Source: Candidatus Omnitrophota bacterium
GTDB lineage: Bacteria; Omnitrophota; Omnitrophia; Omnitrophales; Aquincolibacteriaceae
Direction: 5' to 3'
Assembly (NCBI GenBank): GCA_035352955.1
Contig: DAOPYQ010000001.1
Location: 37,536 to 101,535 of the forward strand
DNA: 64,000 bases
The position numbers and the translations under genes are program-made. Positions 17,408 to 26,548 of this stretch are shown here, one piece after another (within the stretch, counting starts at the first letter, position 1; each line of letters starts with the position of its first letter). The notes below the pieces were generated by a model. It saw only the letters and a program-made list of their open reading frames with translations. It was not told the origin of the DNA and made no database searches.

Positions 17408-19927
17408 TTATTTCTGCGAAAGGCGGGCGCCGCCCTTTTCCCCGTCGCCGGGAAAATTCACGCGAAAAACCTGAACGTAATTTGCGTCATTCAGGCTTCC
17501 CTCCGAGATGAAGGGTCTGATGCTCCGGTAGTTTTTTCCGTTGAAATAATAAAGCTGGAACAAGACGGAATCGAGCAGCTCTCGGGGGACCAGCATGGCT
17601 TTTCTGCTGCCTTCCGGATTGTTCATGTCAAACGAGGTTGCCCAGACGGCCGACGGGGAATCGGAAACCGGTTTTCGGACCCATGTTCCGTCCTGGGGAT
17701 AGATCAGAGAGATCGGTTGAAGATCCAGGCCGGTCTTTTCCCGTTCGATCATAAAAGCATTTTTTTGAGTCCGGTCGATGATCAGGTCCTGGTAGACGAG
17801 ATAATCCATGACACTGTAAAGAAAAGGTCGCGGTTTTTGATAGGGGAGAGTTCCCCCGGTAATGGCGTTAACTTGTTTGAAGTAATTGAGATTCTGATCC
17901 TCCCCGAAATTTCTCAAAAGGATCTCTGCCATCGGCCGGTCGAAAGCTTTTTTCGCTTTTTTGAAATTCCAGCGGCTTGCCTGCTGAACGATTGCGTTAT
18001 CGTCGATCATTTCGGGGTAGATCAGAAGATAAACGGGAGATTTTATTTTTTTGCTATGCGTGTAATTCAGCAGGCTGTCTTTTTGGGAACTCGGCCATGA
18101 GGCAGGCAACTCGCTTTCGGCGCGATCTCGGTCGAGCGGCACAATTTTCATGATCAGTTCCACGGCAGCGTCCGTTTCCGTCCCGCATATTTTCAGATAT
18201 TCGAGGGCTTGATTGCCGCTTCCGGCCAACATCCGGAAGATCCCCGCGGCTTGGCGTTCGTCCCGGCTCATCAAAGCCCGGGCGATCCAGAAATTCTCAA
18301 TACAAGCCTGGGTACCGCCATCCATCACGCTTCGTCTTTCCGCGATGCCGTTGATCAAATAACCCGGCGACCACGAACTGAACACAATGGCATTTTTCGG
18401 AGTTTTAGTTTTCAGAAAGGTCAGGACTTTGAACCATCGTTTGTCCATGAGTCCGGTGAATTGTTCGTTGGCGGTGCGGGCGTTCACGAGAGAGACGGGG
18501 AGGACGCACAGCGTCAGCAGGAGGAACGCTACGGCTCCTCGAAATTTTTCGGGGAGCCGTATCAGGGCTTTTTCCCGGAGGAAGTTTCTGAACCATTCCA
18601 TTCCGAACACGGAAAGCGGGATCAGCCAGGGGGTCAGGATAAAGATGTACCGTTTCCCCTGCATGGAAAGGATCAGGGGCGGGAGGCAAACGAAAGTGGT
18701 GATAAGCCATAAACGGAAACGAACCTCGTTCTTCTTTTTAAGAAAGTTCGCCCCGGCCGCCAAGAGACCCAACGCGGAACAAAAAAGCATCCCCGGGCCG
18801 ATCAGAAAAAACCAGTCGGCGGCTGACGGCGGATTGGTTTCATTGATCGTACGGAGGAGTGTGGGCAGGAAATCTTCGCCGACCTTTCCGATCTTCAAAA
18901 AAAAGGACAAGTTGCTGGAAAAGGTTTGTCCCATTGCACGGGACGACGCAAGTGTCAGACAGTAAAGAGTGAGGATGACTCCGTAACCCAACAAATATTT
19001 GACATGCTGGCCCTTGTTTTTGTCTTTCTTGAAATGCTCAAAGACGATCAGCACCAAGGAGCCGGCCCCGACCAGCGCGACCATGTAGATCCAGCCTTGC
19101 CAAAACATCGCGAAAAGACCCGCGAACGTTCCTCCCGCAAGACCGAACCAAACCGCTTTTCGAGGAGTTCGGATCGCCCAAAGGAGGGATCCGAGAATGA
19201 CCGAAGAAAAGAACAGGATGTAGGGATCGGTATCATACCAGCCGTAGTTGGACCTGAGGATGACCGCGGGCAATAGAAGAAAAACCGTTGCGCCGAGCCA
19301 GATTATGGAAAAATCCGTTCCGAGCGCGAAAAGTAAGAATAAAATGCCGGCGGTTATCAAAAGGGTCAACAGGACCGGAACATAGGCCGCGGCGCGCGTG
19401 AGCGAGATTTTTTTGTCGAAGGTCCGTAGCAACCGGTAAGCCGCAGCGCCCACATAAGGATGCCACGTTTGGAGATCCCAGGCTCCATTGGGTGCGCATC
19501 TCAGGGGGTTGTAGAATGTTCCGTCTTCGCGCGCGGGGCCGAGCGCCCCTTTTTCAAGGACGTTTTTTGTAAGTGAAAGATAGTAATAACAATCGGCGTC
19601 CCGCAGGTATTCTTTGGAGTAGCGGTCCATAAATTCATTATCGAGCTGTTTCTGGGATAAGGCCACTGCGGTGCGGAATTCCGAATTGTCGGAAGCGATC
19701 ACTTGCTCCACCCGCGCTCGAAGGAGCTCCTCTTTTTTTTCTGCAGGAAGATTCTCCGGAAGGGTGGCCGCTATTTCCGGGGACCTTGCAAGATTGAAAC
19801 GGACGATCGCTTCGGCGGTTTTCATGTTTTTCTCTTTGATTGAACGGGGAAGGTCCTTCCATAGAGGGAGGCGGAAATAAAAGGCCAGAAGGAGAGTGAT
19901 TAGCAGGAAGAAGACGATTTTTTTCAT
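17408..19927 (-). CDS. STT3/PglB/AglB-like GT-C membrane protein (divergent oligosaccharyltransferase homolog candidate).
   Basis: N-terminal signal-anchor, then a loop with 'RDADCYYYL' (DxDxYY), ~11 TM helices and a C-terminal soluble domain. The soluble domain begins 'FSSWSPGYLINGIAERRSVMDGGT', aligning with the STT3 'WWDYGYQIxxMAxRTTLVDNNT' block, but the WWD is changed to SWS. Confidence 0.5.
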   Translation of the reverse strand: MKKIVFFLLITLLLAFYFRLPLWKDLPRSIKEKNMKTAEAIVRFNLARSPEIAATLPENLPAEKKEELLRARVEQVIASDNSEFRTAVALSQKQLDNEFMDRYSKEYLRDADCYYYLSLTKNVLEKGALGPAREDGTFYNPLRCAPNGAWDLQTWHPYVGAAAYRLLRTFDKKISLTRAAAYVPVLLTLLITAGILFLLFALGTDFSIIWLGATVFLLLPAVILRSNYGWYDTDPYILFFSSVILGSLLWAIRTPRKAVWFGLAGGTFAGLFAMFWQGWIYMVALVGAGSLVLIVFEHFKKDKNKGQHVKYLLGYGVILTLYCLTLASSRAMGQTFSSNLSFFLKIGKVGEDFLPTLLRTINETNPPSAADWFFLIGPGMLFCSALGLLAAGANFLKKKNEVRFRLWLITTFVCLPPLILSMQGKRYIFILTPWLIPLSVFGMEWFRNFLREKALIRLPEKFRGAVAFLLLTLCVLPVSLVNARTANEQFTGLMDKRWFKVLTFLKTKTPKNAIVFSSWSPGYLINGIAERRSVMDGGTQACIENFWIARALMSRDERQAAGIFRMLAGSGNQALEYLKICGTETDAAVELIMKIVPLDRDRAESELPASWPSSQKDSLLNYTHSKKIKSPVYLLIYPEMIDDNAIVQQASRWNFKKAKKAFDRPMAEILLRNFGEDQNLNYFKQVNAITGGTLPYQKPRPFLYSVMDYLVYQDLIIDRTQKNAFMIEREKTGLDLQPISLIYPQDGTWVRKPVSDSPSAVWATSFDMNNPEGSRKAMLVPRELLDSVLFQLYYFNGKNYRSIRPFISEGSLNDANYVQVFRVNFPGDGEKGGARLSQK

Positions 19928-20227
19928 TTTCTTTTGAGACTCACGGAAAAATGCATTCGATGGCGGCTCTTCTCAAGATTTTTAAAAAATAATTTTTGGA
20001 TCCCCGGAAAAACTTTCGGAACGCGTGTCGTCAAACTTTTCGGCAATGCTGCAACGTTTTGGGATTATACCCTGAGGTTTCGCGTAAGCGGCTGAAAATA
20101 TTTCAATAATCAAAGGCGCCCCCTTGTGCGAGAACGGCCCGTTTTTAGTGATTGACGATACCCGCGAAAGCCGCTACACTTCGTCGTCTTATTCCTCTAT
20201 ACAAATTCCAGGACTGGTCTTAATTAG

Positions 20228-21046
20228 ATGGAAAAGCTTTCCGTAGAACAACTTAAGGCGAAATCGAAGCTGATCCGCCGTCATATCATTGAAATGACGG
20301 GCGCGGCCGCTTCCGGCCACCCCGGCGGTTCCCTTTCCTCCGTTGAAATTCTCACGGCCCTCTATTTTAATCTTATGGAATTCAACCCCCAGGATCCCCA
20401 GTGGCCTGACCGTGATCGGCTCATCATGAGCAAGGGGCACGGGTCTCCCGCGCTTTACGCGGCGATGGCCGAATCCGGATATTTCGATCCCAAGACCCTT
20501 ATCAGTTTTCGCAAGCTCGGCAGCCCTCTTCAGGGTCATCCGGACCGCAAGAAGTTACCCGGCGTGGAGGCCTCGACCGGTTCTCTGGGGCAGGGCCTAT
20601 CGTTCGGTGTCGGGGTTTCGATGGCGCGCCGTCTGGATAAAAAAGATTATTATACGTATGTGATCACGAGCGACGGCGAGATGAACGAAGGCCAGACCTG
20701 GGAAGCCGCCGCGATGGCCGCGCACCACAAAGTCGACCACCTGATCGCGATCCTTGATGACAACAAATACCAGCTGGATTCCTCGACGCAAGAGATCTGC
20801 GACATGGAGCCTCTGACCGAAAAGTGGAAGGCCTTTCACTGGCACGTGCAGGAGATCGACGGGCACGACCTGAAGGCCATCTTGAACGCGGTCGAAAAAG
20901 CCCAAAAAGTGAAGGACCAGCCGGCGATCATCATTGCGCACACGGTCAAAGGCAAGGGCGTTTCTTTCATGGAAGGGAACAACGCTTTCCACGGGGTCGC
21001 TCCGACGCCGGAACAGGTCCGGATCGCTTTGAAGGAGCTGGAATAA
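20228..21046 (+). CDS. Transketolase, N-terminal (TPP-binding) subunit of a split transketolase.
   Basis: …GHPGGSLSSVEILTALYF… …GSLGQGLS… motifs. 272 aa. Confidence 0.85.
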   Translation: MEKLSVEQLKAKSKLIRRHIIEMTGAAASGHPGGSLSSVEILTALYFNLMEFNPQDPQWPDRDRLIMSKGHGSPALYAAMAESGYFDPKTLISFRKLGSPLQGHPDRKKLPGVEASTGSLGQGLSFGVGVSMARRLDKKDYYTYVITSDGEMNEGQTWEAAAMAAHHKVDHLIAILDDNKYQLDSSTQEICDMEPLTEKWKAFHWHVQEIDGHDLKAILNAVEKAQKVKDQPAIIIAHTVKGKGVSFMEGNNAFHGVAPTPEQVRIALKELE

Positions 21047-21047
21047 A

Positions 21048-21120
21048 AGTATCAAAGTGTCAAGGTATCAGAGTATCAGGAAAAAAACGCTTTTACTTTG
21101 ATACATTGATACTCTGACAC
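21048..21120. repeat. Array of 8-bp-spaced GTATCA/GTGTCA hexamers (x4) followed by an A-rich spacer and inverted TGATAC/TGACAC hexamers (x3). Potential 3x6-bp interrupted hairpin or protein-binding array.
   Basis: agtatcaaagtgtcaaggtatcagagtatcagg-aaaaaaacgctttta-ctttgatacattgatactctgacac, lying directly between the two transketolase subunit genes. Confidence 0.6.
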
Positions 21121-21138
21121 AAAAGAAGGATTTGAAAG

Positions 21139-22080
21139 ATGGAAAAAAAGTTAGGCAAGGCCACGCGTGACGCCTACGGACAGGCGCTTGTCGAGATCGG
21201 CAAGGTCCATCCGGAAGTGATCGTGATGGATGCGGACCTTTCCAAATCTACGAAGAGCGTCATGTTCGCGGAAAAATTTCCGGAGCGGTTCATCAACGTC
21301 GGCATTCAGGAGGCGAACCTGGTCGGCGTGGCCGCCGGACTCGCTTCGTGCGGCAAGATCCCTTTCATTTCAAGTTTCGCGTCTTTTTTGATCAGCAAGG
21401 GATTTGATCAGTTCCGGATGAGCGTGGCTTATTCGGGGCTCAATGTGAAAGTGGTCGGTTCTCACGGAGGCATCACGGTCGGCGAGGACGGTGCGTCCCA
21501 AATGTCGATCGAAGACATCGCGCTGATGACGAGTCTTCCGGGTTTTGTGGTCCTGGTCCCGTGCGACGAGGTCTCGACGCCCGCGCTGGTTTGGGAGACC
21601 CTGAAACATCCGGCGCCGGTTTATATTCGTACCGGCCGCCCGAAAACGCCGGTCGTTCATCAAAAGGGAACGGAATTCAAGATCGGAAAAGGCGTCCGTT
21701 TGCGCGACGGCAAGGACCTGACGATCGTTGCCAACGGTTCGCTCGTATTCGAATCGCTGGATGCCGCCGAGCGTCTCGCCGAAGAAGGGATCAGTGCCGG
21801 CGTGATCGATATGCATACCGTGAAACCGCTGGATACGGATTTACTTCTGGAAGAAGCCAAAAAGACGGGCCACATTCTGGTCGCGGAAGAACACCAGATC
21901 TGGGGCGGGCTCGGCAGCGCGGTGGCGACTTTTCTCGCGAGGAAGCACCCCTGCAAGATGGGTTTCGTCGCGATCCAGGACACTTTCGCGGAATCCGGGA
22001 AACCGGAAGAGCTTCTCGAAAAATACGGCCTGACCGCGCCGAACATCATCAAGACCGCAAAAAAAGTCCTCGGCCGCTAA
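21139..22080 (+). CDS. Transketolase, C-terminal (pyrimidine-binding + C-terminal domain) subunit.
   Basis: 313 aa with typical Tkt-C/DXS-like blocks (…FINVGIQEANLVGVAAGLA…). Confidence 0.85.
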   Translation: MEKKLGKATRDAYGQALVEIGKVHPEVIVMDADLSKSTKSVMFAEKFPERFINVGIQEANLVGVAAGLASCGKIPFISSFASFLISKGFDQFRMSVAYSGLNVKVVGSHGGITVGEDGASQMSIEDIALMTSLPGFVVLVPCDEVSTPALVWETLKHPAPVYIRTGRPKTPVVHQKGTEFKIGKGVRLRDGKDLTIVANGSLVFESLDAAERLAEEGISAGVIDMHTVKPLDTDLLLEEAKKTGHILVAEEHQIWGGLGSAVATFLARKHPCKMGFVAIQDTFAESGKPEELLEKYGLTAPNIIKTAKKVLGR

Positions 22081-22136
22081 AAGACTCGCACAAGAGCGTT
22101 CACCCCGGGACGCTTTGAAGGGTTGAAGATATAAAA

Positions 22137-23828
22137 ATGCTCCGACACAGAATTTATTCCTTTTTCCTCCTTTTCTCATTTTTGCTGGTTACGATCCCAT
22201 GTTCACTCGCCGCCGTTATCGGTGAAAAGGCGATGGTCGTGACCTCGGATCCGCGGGCGACGCAAGCCGCTTTGGAAGTCCTCAAAGAGGGCGGGAACGC
22301 CGTGGATGCCGCGGTGGCCGCTCAGTGGGTCCTGAATGTGGTCCAGCCGCAGGCGTCCGGGCTCGGCGGCAGCGGTTATCTTCTTCTCTATGATATCGGG
22401 GTCCGCCGGATTCTTTTTTTTGACGGCGGTGTCCAAGCGCCCGAAGAGGCCTTCCCCGACATGTTTTTCGAAAAGAACGGCACACTTCTTCCTTACGGAG
22501 AGCGGAGCACGGGAGGTCTCGCGGTCGGGACGCCGGGTATTCTGCGGATGATGGAAGACGTTCAGACCCGTTACGGGACCAAGAAATTTTCTTTCGCGAA
22601 ACTTTTCGAACCCGCCCTCAAATATGCCGAGGAGATGACGGATGTTTCCGCCGGTCTTGCGGATTCTCTCGAAACCCATCGCCGGAGACTTGAGGGGTTC
22701 GACGCTGGGACCTTGGTTTTTTTCGAGAACGGCAAACCCCTCCAAAAAGGGGATAGGCTTCTTCAGCTGGATCTCGCGAAAACGTTCAGACTTATCCAGA
22801 AGGGCGGGGCGGACGCCTTCTATAGGGGCGTGATCGCGAAGGCCGTCATCCGCGCCGTTCACAAGAATCCCCGCCGCGCCGGCCTTTTAAGCTACCGCGA
22901 CCTGGAACATTACAAGACCGCGAAACGCGATCCGGTGCACGGGACTTATCAAGGGTATGATCTTTTCAGCGCTTGCCCGCCGTCGACGGGCGGCGTGATG
23001 CTCTTGCGCGGGCTGAACCTCCTGGCACATTTCGGGATCCCCGGATTCGGCAAAGGCGCCGAGACCTACCACCTTCTTACCGAAGTGCAAAAGCTCGCTT
23101 TTCCGGCGCAGGCGTCCGTGGCCGATCCCGATATTTTCAATATCCCCGTGGAAAAACTTCTGTCGCAGGAATGGTCCCAGCAGCGGGCCGAGAAGATCAA
23201 ATTCGATAAAATCCTTCCGGCGAGAAGTGACGCCGCGGCCGTCTTTGAAAAAGAGAAAGATCCGGCGTGGAGTTCGATCCTTGTCGTGGATTCCCACGGG
23301 AGCATGGTCGCCTTGTCCTCGACGCTCGGGGATGCTTTCGGGTCGGGGATGCTGGTGCCGGAGCACGGTTTTTTTCTGAACGATCAGCTGACGGATTTTG
23401 ATACGGATCTAACGAGCGTGAAGGACCCGGCGTCGGCGAACATCCCGGCCGGCGGGCAGCGGCCGCGGAACACAGCGGTCCCGACCTTCCTTTTCAAGGA
23501 AGGGAAGCCGCAGCTGGTGTTGGATGCTTTCGGCGTGAAGGACCCGGCCGCGCTGTTATTGAATTTTCTTGTTCAAAAGATCGATCTCGGGGGGTCTTAC
23601 CAGGATGCCATGAAGGCGCCGCGGGTCCTTGATGACGCGGGTGTTTTGCGGGTGGAACCGGATCTTTACGGGGATGAAGTCGCCCGGGTGAAGCTGGAGC
23701 TTTGGGGGCATACCCTGAAGCGAAATCTGACGATCGGGAACGTACAAATGATTTGTTTTGTGGATGATTTTGGTAAAATAGTGGGCGAAAGCGATCCGCG
23801 AGGGCAGGGAAGCGCCTCCGGTCTTTGA
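22137..23828 (+). CDS. ggt: Gamma-glutamyltranspeptidase.
   Basis: Signal peptide. …TSDPRATQAALEVLKEGGNAVDAAVAAQWVLNVVQPQASGLGGSGYLLLYD… and the T-nucleophile region. Confidence 0.85.
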   Translation: MLRHRIYSFFLLFSFLLVTIPCSLAAVIGEKAMVVTSDPRATQAALEVLKEGGNAVDAAVAAQWVLNVVQPQASGLGGSGYLLLYDIGVRRILFFDGGVQAPEEAFPDMFFEKNGTLLPYGERSTGGLAVGTPGILRMMEDVQTRYGTKKFSFAKLFEPALKYAEEMTDVSAGLADSLETHRRRLEGFDAGTLVFFENGKPLQKGDRLLQLDLAKTFRLIQKGGADAFYRGVIAKAVIRAVHKNPRRAGLLSYRDLEHYKTAKRDPVHGTYQGYDLFSACPPSTGGVMLLRGLNLLAHFGIPGFGKGAETYHLLTEVQKLAFPAQASVADPDIFNIPVEKLLSQEWSQQRAEKIKFDKILPARSDAAAVFEKEKDPAWSSILVVDSHGSMVALSSTLGDAFGSGMLVPEHGFFLNDQLTDFDTDLTSVKDPASANIPAGGQRPRNTAVPTFLFKEGKPQLVLDAFGVKDPAALLLNFLVQKIDLGGSYQDAMKAPRVLDDAGVLRVEPDLYGDEVARVKLELWGHTLKRNLTIGNVQMICFVDDFGKIVGESDPRGQGSASGL

Positions 23829-23899
23829 TTTTATATCTCCCATTTTCCCGCCAAGGGCGGGGTCCCGTCTCCGGGCGGGAAAATTCAAAAAAGGACAAC

Positions 23900-24409
23900 A
23901 TGATCCTGCACCAAGGTAAGTACCTCGACCTGATCTCCGAAGACGGGTGGGAGTATGTCAAACGGACCAACTGTAGCGGGATCGTGGTGGTCGTGCCGGT
24001 GACCCGGGACGGAAAGGCCATCCTGGTCGAACAGTTCCGCCGGCCGGTCCGGGCACAGGTGATCGAATGGCCCGCAGGGCTCGTGAATGATAAGACGCCG
24101 CATGATCCCGAGACGATGGAAACCGCGGCCCGCCGCGAGCTTCTGGAAGAAACGGGTTATGAAGCCGGGACTCTGGAGCTTTTGGTGGAAGGGCCGGTCT
24201 CAAGCGGGTTGAGTGCGGAGATCATTACTTTTTATCGGGCGCTCGAGGTGGTCAAGAAGGGCGCGGGTGGCGGGGATGAGACGGAATCTATCATCGTGCA
24301 TGAAGTCCCGCTTCCGGAAGTCGCCTCCTGGCTGGTTAAGATGGAAAAAAAAGGGTATCTTGTCGACCCGAAAGTTTACGCGGGGTTGTATTTTATAAAA
24401 GCAGGATAG
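23900..24409 (+). CDS. Nudix hydrolase (ADP-ribose pyrophosphatase-like).
   Basis: Nudix box …EWPAGLVNDKTPHDPETMETAARRELLEETGY…. An internal Met start is preferred over the ORF start at 23825. Confidence 0.75.
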   Translation: MILHQGKYLDLISEDGWEYVKRTNCSGIVVVVPVTRDGKAILVEQFRRPVRAQVIEWPAGLVNDKTPHDPETMETAARRELLEETGYEAGTLELLVEGPVSSGLSAEIITFYRALEVVKKGAGGGDETESIIVHEVPLPEVASWLVKMEKKGYLVDPKVYAGLYFIKAG

Positions 24410-24482
24410 CGGATGAAGGAAGGATGTCGAGCCGGTTTTTCGCCATCCGCCAGCCGTTATCCTTTTTTGAAAGGATTTTGAA

Positions 24483-24896
24483 ATGGCAGACATCACGATC
24501 TATCACAAACCCAGTTGTGCCGGGTGTAAAGAGGCACTGAAGATCTTGAGAGACATGAATGTGGACGTCGATGCCATCGACTTTTTCTCGGTGCCGATCC
24601 CGAAGCCCAAGCTCCGCGAATTGATCGGGAAGATCGGGCTTTCTATCGAAGAGCTGATCCGGAAGAAGGACCAGCTTTACGAGGATCTCCGGCTCGGCGA
24701 GAAGAAACTCACGGAAGGGCAGTGGTTGGATCTGCTCGCGATCTATCCGGATCTCCTTCAACGGCCGATCGTTGAAAAGGCCGAAAAGGCGATCATCGGG
24801 CGTCCGGTCAAGAAGATCAAAGAGTTTTTGGCACCTCCCGTGACGTCTGAGGCGTCCGGGACCGGGGGCGCCGGAGCGCCCGCTGCGGCGGTTTGA
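24483..24896 (+). CDS. ArsC/Spx/YffB-family thioredoxin-fold protein.
   Basis: MADITIYHKPSCAGCKEALKIL… N-terminal CxxC, ~137 aa. Confidence 0.6.
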   Translation: MADITIYHKPSCAGCKEALKILRDMNVDVDAIDFFSVPIPKPKLRELIGKIGLSIEELIRKKDQLYEDLRLGEKKLTEGQWLDLLAIYPDLLQRPIVEKAEKAIIGRPVKKIKEFLAPPVTSEASGTGGAGAPAAAV

Positions 24897-25063
24897 TCCC
24901 GCGAGCGGCTTTTCGCGGGGCGTGGCGCGTTGAGCTTTGCACGATTTTAGCTCTCCTTGGCTGAAGCTTGATCAGAACAGTGGATGACGAGGGTTGCCCC
25001 AATTTCAACTCCGTTGAAATTGATAAGTATTGAGACTAGAATATTCGCTCCACCCTATTTTAA

Positions 25064-25762
25064 ATGGAGGAACCTATGAACTCGCAAAATGAACATCCGT
25101 TCTCTTATTCCCGGGAAACCGTTTTTTCGAATTTCATGCAGCGCGTTTACCAGTGGATGGCTCTCGGGCTTTCTTTGACGGGTCTGATGGCGTTCGCGAC
25201 GCTCCTGAACGTCGGCCTTCTGAAGTTCCTTCTAAAGGGCGGGATGTGGCTTTTTCTGATCGCGGAAATTGCGCTGGTGTTCTGGCTTTCCGCGAGCATC
25301 CGGCGCATTTCGGCGCGGGCTGCGGTCACGGGATTTTTGGTTTATTCCGCGCTGAACGGTATCACGATCTCGACGATCTTTCTTGCCTATACGACGGCGT
25401 CGGTCTCCTCGACGTTTTTCATCGCGGCCCTGACGTTCGCGGGCGTGAGCGTTTACGGCTGGATGACGAAACAGGACCTCACCTCTGTCGGGAGTTTCTG
25501 TTTCATGGCGCTCTGGGGCGTGATCATCGCGTCGGTCCTGAACTTTTTTTTCCGCGCGCCGGTTTTTTACTGGATCCTCTCGTACTGCGGCGTGGCGGTT
25601 TTTATCGGGCTGACGGCTTATGATACCCAGAGGCTCAAAGCGATCCACCAGAGCACGCCCAACGCGCCCGAGCAGATCGCTATTTACGGCGCGCTGATGC
25701 TTTATCTCGACTTCATCAATATGTTTCTCTGGCTCCTCCAGATCTTCGGCCGCCGCCGGTAA
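25064..25762 (+). CDS. Bax inhibitor-1/YccA family membrane protein.
   Basis: 7-TM protein with a typical BI-1 N-terminus (…ETVFSNFMQRVYQWMALGLSLTG…). Confidence 0.8.
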   Translation: MEEPMNSQNEHPFSYSRETVFSNFMQRVYQWMALGLSLTGLMAFATLLNVGLLKFLLKGGMWLFLIAEIALVFWLSASIRRISARAAVTGFLVYSALNGITISTIFLAYTTASVSSTFFIAALTFAGVSVYGWMTKQDLTSVGSFCFMALWGVIIASVLNFFFRAPVFYWILSYCGVAVFIGLTAYDTQRLKAIHQSTPNAPEQIAIYGALMLYLDFINMFLWLLQIFGRRR

Positions 25763-25810
25763 AAAAAGCAGGCACCTTTTTCTGTCCCCAACAAATTTGA
25801 GATTTCAAAA

Positions 25811-26548
25811 GTGATCGAAGTTAAAGATCTTACAATGCATTACGGTCCGGTGATGGCGCTGGACCACGTTTCGTTCCGGGCCAACCCCGGCGAGATCCTC
25901 GGTCTTCTCGGTCCGAACGGCGCGGGCAAGACTACCGCGATGCGGATCCTGACCACCTACCTTTATCCTTCTTCCGGCACCGCGCAGATCGACGGGTTCG
26001 ATATTATCGAAAACCCGCTCGAGGTACGGAAACGGACCGGATACCTTCCCGAAACCGTGCCGCTTTACGCGGACATGCAGGTCGGGGAATATCTTACCTT
26101 TGTCGGGAAGGCGCGCGGGCTTTCGGGCGCCGGGCTTGCGGAGCGGCTTGATTGGGTGAGGGGAGCCTGCAATCTCAGGCCGGTCTGGAAACATCTTCTT
26201 TCGGAACTTTCCAAGGGGTACGGCCAGCGGGTCGGTCTCGCTCAGGCGTTGATCCATGATCCCAAGGTCCTGATCCTTGACGAACCGACGTCCGGCCTGG
26301 ACCCGATCCAGATCATCGAGATCCGGGCGCTTATGAAAAGCCTCGCGAAAGAAAAAACCGTTATTTTCTCGACGCATATCCTGCAGGAAGTGGAAGCGCT
26401 GGCGGACCGTATCGTGATCATCAATGAAGGGAAGCTCGTGGCGTTCGGTACCAAGGCCGAGCTTGCCCGCCAGAGCGGTTGTCCGGACGGGTCTTTAGAA
26501 GAAATTTTCATCCGGCTTTTGGCGCCGCAGAAGGCGGTGGGCGCATGA
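25811..26548 (+). CDS. ABC transporter ATP-binding protein (GldA-like, ABC-2 subfamily).
   Basis: Walker A GPNGAGKTT, signature LSKGYGQRVGLAQAL, Walker B ILILDEPTSGLD. Confidence 0.85.
   Translation: MIEVKDLTMHYGPVMALDHVSFRANPGEILGLLGPNGAGKTTAMRILTTYLYPSSGTAQIDGFDIIENPLEVRKRTGYLPETVPLYADMQVGEYLTFVGKARGLSGAGLAERLDWVRGACNLRPVWKHLLSELSKGYGQRVGLAQALIHDPKVLILDEPTSGLDPIQIIEIRALMKSLAKEKTVIFSTHILQEVEALADRIVIINEGKLVAFGTKAELARQSGCPDGSLEEIFIRLLAPQKAVGA

Noticed and set aside
19928..20227. Possible TPP riboswitch upstream of the transketolase genes.
   Set aside because: No conserved THI-box elements (CUGAGA, the conserved GGG…ACCC pairing and pyrimidine-sensor stem) could be recognised by eye. Transketolase operons are not usually TPP-riboswitch controlled.
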